DNA from: an uncultured Chloroflexia bacterium
GTDB taxonomy: Bacteria > Chloroflexota > Limnocylindria > Limnocylindrales > CSP1-4
Reading direction: 5' to 3'
Assembly (NCBI GenBank): GCA_963727005.1
Contig: CAVSEO010000005.1
Span: forward strand, 1,227,348-1,291,347
DNA: 64,000 bases
Shown: piece after piece, positions 60,236-64,000 of the stretch
How the letters are laid out: each line of letters starts with the position of its first letter
How positions within the stretch are numbered: the first letter of the stretch is position 1
The notes under the pieces: model-generated
The model's input: only the letters and a program-made list of their open reading frames with translations
Told to the model about the DNA's origin: nothing
The model's database searches: none
Made by a program: the position numbers and the translations under genes

Positions 60236-60697
60236 TCAGCTCGTAGGGCCAAGCACCCAGCGGTCGATCTCGCGCTCGTAGCTGACCAGCTCGCCCGGCC
60301 CGAACCAGATCGCCAGCTCGGTCGCCGCGGTCTCGGGACCGTCGGAGGCGTGAATCAGATTCGGAATCATCTCCATCGCCAGGTCGCCGCGTATTGTGCC
60401 GGGGGCCGCTTCGGCCGGCCTGGTGCCGCCGACCATGGCCCGCACCATCGCGATCGCGTTCGGCCCCTCGAGCGCCACGGCCACCAGCGGGCTCGACGTG
60501 ATGAACGAGACAAGCCCCTCGAAGAAAGGCTTCTCCCTGTGAACGGCGTAGTGGCGCTCGGCCAGGCCGCGATCGACCTTGACGAGCTTCAGGCCGACGA
60601 TCTTGAGGCCTCGCTCCTCGAAGCGGGCGATGATCCGGCCGGCCAGCTGGCGCTGGACGCCGTCGGGCTTGACCAGGACGAGGGTGCGCTCGGTCAC
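60236..60697 (-). CDS. ndk: Nucleoside diphosphate kinase
   Basis: VTERTLVLVKPDGVQRQLAGRIIARFEERGLKIVGLKL...GPNAIAMVRAMVGGTRPAEAAPGTIRGD...NLIHASD (the active-site NxxHxSD). Confidence 0.9.
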   Translation of the reverse strand: MTERTLVLVKPDGVQRQLAGRIIARFEERGLKIVGLKLVKVDRGLAERHYAVHREKPFFEGLVSFITSSPLVAVALEGPNAIAMVRAMVGGTRPAEAAPGTIRGDLAMEMIPNLIHASDGPETAATELAIWFGPGELVSYEREIDRWVLGPTS

Positions 60698-60823
60698 GTT
60701 CGAATACCCCTGCGGTCGATTGATACGACGCGGAGTGTAGCGGTTGACAGGCTGCCGCCCGCGCGTCGATCGCGAAGCGGCCACCGGCCACGGTCTAACT
60801 CGGCCGGCGTGGCGGTCGGCCGT

Positions 60824-62372
60824 CTAGTCCGACCAGCTGATCGGCGGGGGTGGTTCGGGTGTCCGAGTGGCGGGGACGTCGGGCTCTTGCGGGGCCTCGG
60901 CCGGGATGGGGATCGCCGGCTCAGCCGGGGTCTCGCCAGTGGCGGCAGCGGGGGCCGTCGAAGACGGCGCGGTGGCGGCTTCTTCGTTCGGTTCGGGAGC
61001 GGCTTGTGCCGGCAGCTCCGCGGCCGCCCGCGCCGCGCTGAGCGCACTGGCCACCGATCGATAGGCCCGGCCGGCATCGCTCTCGTGGCCCTGTATTCGG
61101 AGGGCGTCGCCTCGAACCAGCTCCAGCGCCGGATTGCGCCGATCGCCGATTGCGGCAAGGACATCGGGTGCCGAACTTGCAGCCAGCCTCAGCGCGATTC
61201 CGAAGTGCAGCGCGGCAAGTCAACGCGTCGCCGGTCTCGAGGAGGGCGACGCCGGCGGCGACCTCGGTCTGCGCGTCGGCACGGCCTGAATCGGCGGCCG
61301 GTCGCTCGGCCGCGTCCGCAGCGGCGCGTTCGGGCGGAACGGCATCGGTGATCGCCGGAACGGCCTCCGGCGGGGTGGGCTCGGGCTCGACTCCGGCAGC
61401 AGGAGCGTCGGGCGCGGCGACCAGCTGCGGCTCGGGAAGCCGGCTCAATCGGTCGCGGCTCCGCTTCCGCCACGACCGCGGGCACGACCGGCGGGGCGAC
61501 CGCCGGCACGACCGCCGGCACGACTGCCGGAGCGACCGCCACAGGAGGTTCCGCAGCCGGCGCCTTCTCGAGGTGGACCATCGCCTCCCACGCGCTCGCC
61601 GCGAACGGCGCCTTGCGCGGAATCCCGGCGAAGATGCCTCGAGGCTCGTCAGCATGCGCAGCTGGGCCTCGTCCATGTAACGTCGCGCCTCGGCCATACG
61701 GCCGGCGAGATAAGCGGCCTCCGCGGCGATGACGAAGCCGAGTGCTTCGCCGCCGCCGGCGTCCAAGTACGCGACCGCCGCCTCGCCGGCTCCGTGGAGG
61801 TCGCCCGTTCGCCAGCGGGCCTCGGCCAGATCCACTGCCCCGGCGGTATCGAGAAGATTGCGTCCGGAGAGGGTCTCGAGCTGGGCGCGGGCACTCGTCA
61901 GGGCGCCGGTCCTCAGCTGGATCCGGGCAATCCGCATCTGCAGCGATGGGTCGTCGGCCGGGACGGAGCCGGCCGGCTCATATGGTGACGGTCCCGGCGG
62001 CAGGCCGGCCGTCTCGGGCAGGAGCGAAGCGTCCGCGACGGGGTCCGTCACGGGCTCGGCCGGAGGATCCGCGACGGGCTCGGCCGGAGGATCCGCGACA
62101 GGCTCGGCCGGAGGTTCGGCGACGGGCTCGGCCGGGGGTTCGACGCCAGGTTCGGCGACGCCCGGTTCGGCGACGCCCGGTTCGGCGACGCCCGGTTCGG
62201 CGGCATCCAACCCGTCAGTGGAGACTCGGACCAGGATCTCCTCGGACTCTTCCGGGGCTGCGAGCGGCAGCTGAGTCCCGGATTGATCGCCGACCGCGGC
62301 CGGCGGCGGGCCATTCGGAATCTCGGCCGCCTCGACCGGCGGCTGACGGCGTGGCTTTCGGCCTTCCCTCAT
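60824..62372 (-). CDS. Hypothetical repeat-containing protein (N-terminal tandem AEPGV and PPAEPVAD repeats, a TPR-like helical middle, and a Pro/Ala/Val-rich C-terminus); several frameshifts
   Basis: MREGRKPRRQPP...AEPGVAEPGVAEPGVAEPGVEPPAEPVAEPPAEPVADPPAEPVADPPAEPV..., then ...AVAYLDAGGGEALGFVIAAEAAYLAGRMAEARRYMDEAQ..., and the C-terminus continues in other frames to ...PPPISWSD. ATGA overlap with the peptidase stop. Confidence 0.45.
62047..62206. repeat. Coding tandem nucleotide repeats (four 24-nt units, then four 15-nt units)
   Basis: Four copies of cgggctcggccggaggatccgcga-like units, then four copies of ccggttcggcgacgc, inside the repeat protein (minus strand, encoding the AEPGV / PPAEPVAD repeats). 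Confidence 0.7.
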
Positions 62373-63646
62373 GCCGGACCTCCGGGAAGCCGCAGCAGCG
62401 ATTCGAGACGCCGGGCCCTGCGCGGAGGCGCGACGACCGCCAGGCGGAGGGCGTCCTCGCGCACGAGCCGGCCGGCCAGCCGGTGGACGCCATCGCTCGT
62501 CACCGCGTTCAACTCCTCGAGCGCTCCCTCCAGCGTCAGGACTCGATCGTGCAACGCCTCCTGACCGCCAAGCCACGAGGCAACGTGACGGGTCTCCTCC
62601 ATCCGAAGCTCGAGCCTGCCGGCGAGGTACGCCTTCGACAGCGCCAGCTCGGCGTCCGGGACCGCGGTGTCGCGGACCCGGGCCAGTTCCTCGAGGATCG
62701 CTCCCACGGCCGGGCCGATCTTGTCGGGATCGACCCCTGCCGAAACGACGAAGGCTCCCGCGTCGGCGTAGTCGACGATGTACGAGCTGACGTCGTATGC
62801 GAGGCCCTTCTCCTCGCGGACCGACTGGAAAAGACGGCTGCTCATGCCATCCCCGAGGATGGCGTTAAGAACCTCCAGTGTCCAGGCCTCGGGGTCATCC
62901 CTCCGAAGACCCGGAAGTCCCAGGCACAGCTGCGCCTGGGTGGTGTCGCGGTGGACGGACATGACTCGCTCGCCGGCCGGAAGAGCGGGCGCCGCCGTGA
63001 AAGGCGAGTGGCTGGCTGCGCCGGTACCGAAAGCGTGCTCCGCCAGGTCGACGATGTCGGCGTGGGAGACATCTCCCGCGGCCGAGACGACCACATTCCC
63101 CGGCCGATACGCGGAGGCCCAGAACGCCCGGAGGTTCCCTTCGGGCAGGCCTCGAACGCTCTCCTCGCTTCCGGCGATCTCCCGCCCCAGGGGCGTGTCG
63201 CCGAACATCGCCAGGTCGAACAGCGTGTGGACGTGCTCGCCTGGGTCGTCCAGGTAGGAGCGGATCTCCTCGACGATGACGGCCCGCTCGGACTCGATCT
63301 CCGCGCTCCGGAGGAGCGGTCGACCGATCAGTTCACCCAGGATGTCCATGCCGCGGGCGACCTCCCGGAGCGGAACGCGAACCCAGTAGACCGTGGACTC
63401 GCGATCGGTCGCGGCGTTGAAGCTACCGCCTACTCCCTCGATCGCCTGCGAGACGGCGAGCGTCGTGGGGTATTTGGCCGTCCCCTTGAACGTTATGTGT
63501 TCCATGAAGTGGGCGGCGCCCGCTTCCTCTGCCGATTCCAGGCGCGAGCCTGCCAGCACGTAGGCGGCTATGGAGACCGAGCGAGCCCCGGCGAGGCGCG
63601 CCGTAATTACACGCGGCCCGTTCGGCAGGGCTGTGCGTTCGTACAT
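62369..63646 (-). CDS. M16 family zinc peptidase (insulinase/pitrilysin-like)
   Basis: ...AGAAHFMEHITFKGT... (inverted zinc motif HxxEH), ...ESTVYWVRV...; peptidase_M16 and M16_C organisation. 425 aa. Confidence 0.85.
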   Translation of the reverse strand: MYERTALPNGPRVITARLAGARSVSIAAYVLAGSRLESAEEAGAAHFMEHITFKGTAKYPTTLAVSQAIEGVGGSFNAATDRESTVYWVRVPLREVARGMDILGELIGRPLLRSAEIESERAVIVEEIRSYLDDPGEHVHTLFDLAMFGDTPLGREIAGSEESVRGLPEGNLRAFWASAYRPGNVVVSAAGDVSHADIVDLAEHAFGTGAASHSPFTAAPALPAGERVMSVHRDTTQAQLCLGLPGLRRDDPEAWTLEVLNAILGDGMSSRLFQSVREEKGLAYDVSSYIVDYADAGAFVVSAGVDPDKIGPAVGAILEELARVRDTAVPDAELALSKAYLAGRLELRMEETRHVASWLGGQEALHDRVLTLEGALEELNAVTSDGVHRLAGRLVREDALRLAVVAPPRRARRLESLLRLPGGPA

Positions 63647-63758
63647 CGAGCGAATGCTAGCCGATGACGGCCGCGGGGCGGAGCAGCCGGGTCGCTCGCA
63701 GACATGAAGCGGCCGGCGCCCTGTCGGACGCCGGCCGCGTAGACGCGCCTCGGGGAGG

Positions 63759-64000
63759 CTACTTGATGAAGGTCTGGATCCAATCCTTGGCGAAGTAGAC
63801 GAGGAAGGAGATGGTGACTGCGTACATGAGCCAATGGACCTGGCTCCACTTGCCCTTGAGCAGCTTGATCAGGACGAACGAAATGAAGCCTGCCCCGATG
63901 CCGACCGTGATGTCGTAGGTGAGCGGCATCAGGATGATCGTCAGCAGAGCGGGGAGCCCGTCTTCGACGTCGGAGACGTTCACGTCCTTGATCAACGTGA
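63759..64000 (-). CDS. Nucleobase permease (NCS2/AzgA-like); only the C-terminal end falls in the window (partial)
   Basis: ...NVSDVEDGLPALLTIILMPLTYDITVGIGAGFISFVLIKLLKGKWSQVHWLMYAVTISFLVYFAKDWIQTFIK resembles the C-terminal transmembrane helices of guanine/hypoxanthine permeases. The gene continues beyond the window edge. Confidence 0.55.
   Translation of the reverse strand, partial: TLIKDVNVSDVEDGLPALLTIILMPLTYDITVGIGAGFISFVLIKLLKGKWSQVHWLMYAVTISFLVYFAKDWIQTFIK

Noticed and set aside
62047-62206. CRISPR array
   Set aside because: The only regular short repeats in the window are these coding tandem repeats, which are contiguous with no spacers. No CRISPR-like repeat-spacer architecture is present anywhere in the 64 kb.

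Overview
This is a roughly 70% GC bacterial chromosomal window, densely packed with housekeeping genes rather than obvious mobile DNA. Recognisable blocks, in order along the + strand: (i) an SRP RNA gene (ffs) on the minus strand upstream of dnaX-ybaB-recR, a widely conserved arrangement; (ii) two tRNA-Ser genes (minus strand) next to a tadA-like deaminase; (iii) tRNA-Ser(GCT) and tRNA-Arg on the plus strand; (iv) a complete shikimate-pathway operon (DAHP synthase, aroA, aroE, aroC, aroK, aroB, aroQ, chorismate mutase) preceded by a Phe/Tyr-rich leader peptide and an intrinsic terminator; (v) a complete trp operon (trpE-G-D-C/F-B-A, minus strand) whose 5' leader carries a canonical T-box antiterminator/terminator; (vi) an accessory-like stretch (ferredoxin-NADP reductase, three DUF3298/DUF4163 paralogs, Kelch proteins, a very large membrane-anchored metallopeptidase/VWD/beta-propeller protein, a DrrAB-like ABC exporter, an ankyrin protein, an HTH gene next to tRNA-Ser(TGA)); (vii) serS, a class I lysK, greA, argR, uppP, a H+-pyrophosphatase, lepB, ndk and an M16 peptidase. 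Important caveat: many clearly conserved genes (recR, dnaX, aroK, aroB, trpF, the ABC ATPase, lysK and others) are interrupted by what look like single-nucleotide insertions causing +1 frameshifts. These are more likely consensus or sequencing errors than real pseudogenes. As a result some gene ends and apparent gene fusions are uncertain, and hand-counted coordinates may be off by about 1 nt. Long Arg/Pro/Gly-rich ORFs antisense to real genes are treated as high-GC shadow ORFs.
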